Program-made: the position numbers and the translations under genes
In this document: in pieces, positions 63,351-64,000 of the stretch
Numbering within the stretch: position 1 is the stretch's first letter
How the letters are laid out: each line of letters starts with the position of its first letter
Origin: Lama glama
Lineage: Eukaryota
DNA length: 64,000 nt
Reading direction: 5' to 3'
NCBI GenBank assembly: GCA_028534125.1
Contig: CM052818.1
Coordinates: forward strand, 12,340,001-12,404,000
Notes under the pieces: generated by a model
What the model was told of the DNA's origin: nothing
Database searches by the model: none
The model's input: the letters and a program-made list of their open reading frames with translations, nothing else

Positions 63351-64000
63351 AGGACTGAGTAAACTCTTTCTGGTATTACACAGACCAAATCTGGGAATAG
63401 CAATTGGAGACTAAGTACAGTGGGAGTGTGGATCATTAAAGAACCATTTTGATTAATTCTATAGATACCATTTAACTAGGCAAGTCTGAAGACTTTACTT
63501 GATTTTAGTCATTTAATTATTTCTGAACTTCTTACTGCCTACAGTGTACAAATGGCCTGAGTTAATTTCTTTCTGTCACAGGATTTCTCAGGATGGTTCA
63601 TAGCTCTACTAGTCATTTTTCTGTAACACTTTCTAGAGTATCACATTATCTTTTGACAGACTGGTAATTAACCTAGGTCTTCATTAGATAGGAAGATATA
63701 TGGATTTAAAGCATTCTTAATAATGAGATGATATATTCCTAATCAAACTGGGCTCTTAATATATTGGTGATAAGTAATATAGAGCTTGCTAATTTCATTT
63801 ACCGTCACTCATCCAACAAAAAGTATTCACAATTTCAGGAACTTTATTATGTGCTAAATAATGTTTACTGAAGTATTCCAGTGACCTTTTGATACACTAT
63901 CATTTCTTGATATGTTGGAAATAAGGTTGAATTCAGCTTGATGTAAATGTATCTATGCTTACTGTTAAGCTGCTAAAGGCAGGCATTTAAAATTCTTTGA

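Overview
This is an AT-rich, CpG-depleted stretch of placental-mammal genomic DNA, intronic or intergenic. I can recognise no protein-coding gene, RNA gene or CpG island. The ORF track is explained by chance ORFs, low-complexity tracts and decayed retroelements. Interspersed repeats dominate: MIR and L2 fragments, several L1 generations, MaLR/MLT1 and ERVL LTRs, an LTR16-type ERVL provirus remnant with gag and RT traces, and MER5, MER58 and MARNA DNA transposons. The youngest L1 3' ends are of cetartiodactyl type, and I saw no ruminant, whale or pig SINEs, so a camelid is my best guess (inference). The most interesting directly visible structures are: two template-switch-like inverted repeats (10481-10521, 39191-39335); two neighbouring twin-primed (5'-inverted) L1 insertions; a possible short L1 3' transduction; several small exon-like segments with strong splice sites, mainly on the minus strand; CTCF-like motifs; and repeat-free enhancer-like blocks. 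Repeat subfamily names come from my recall of consensus sequences, and repeat boundaries are approximate unless TSDs are given. I found no convincing novel multi-gene system.
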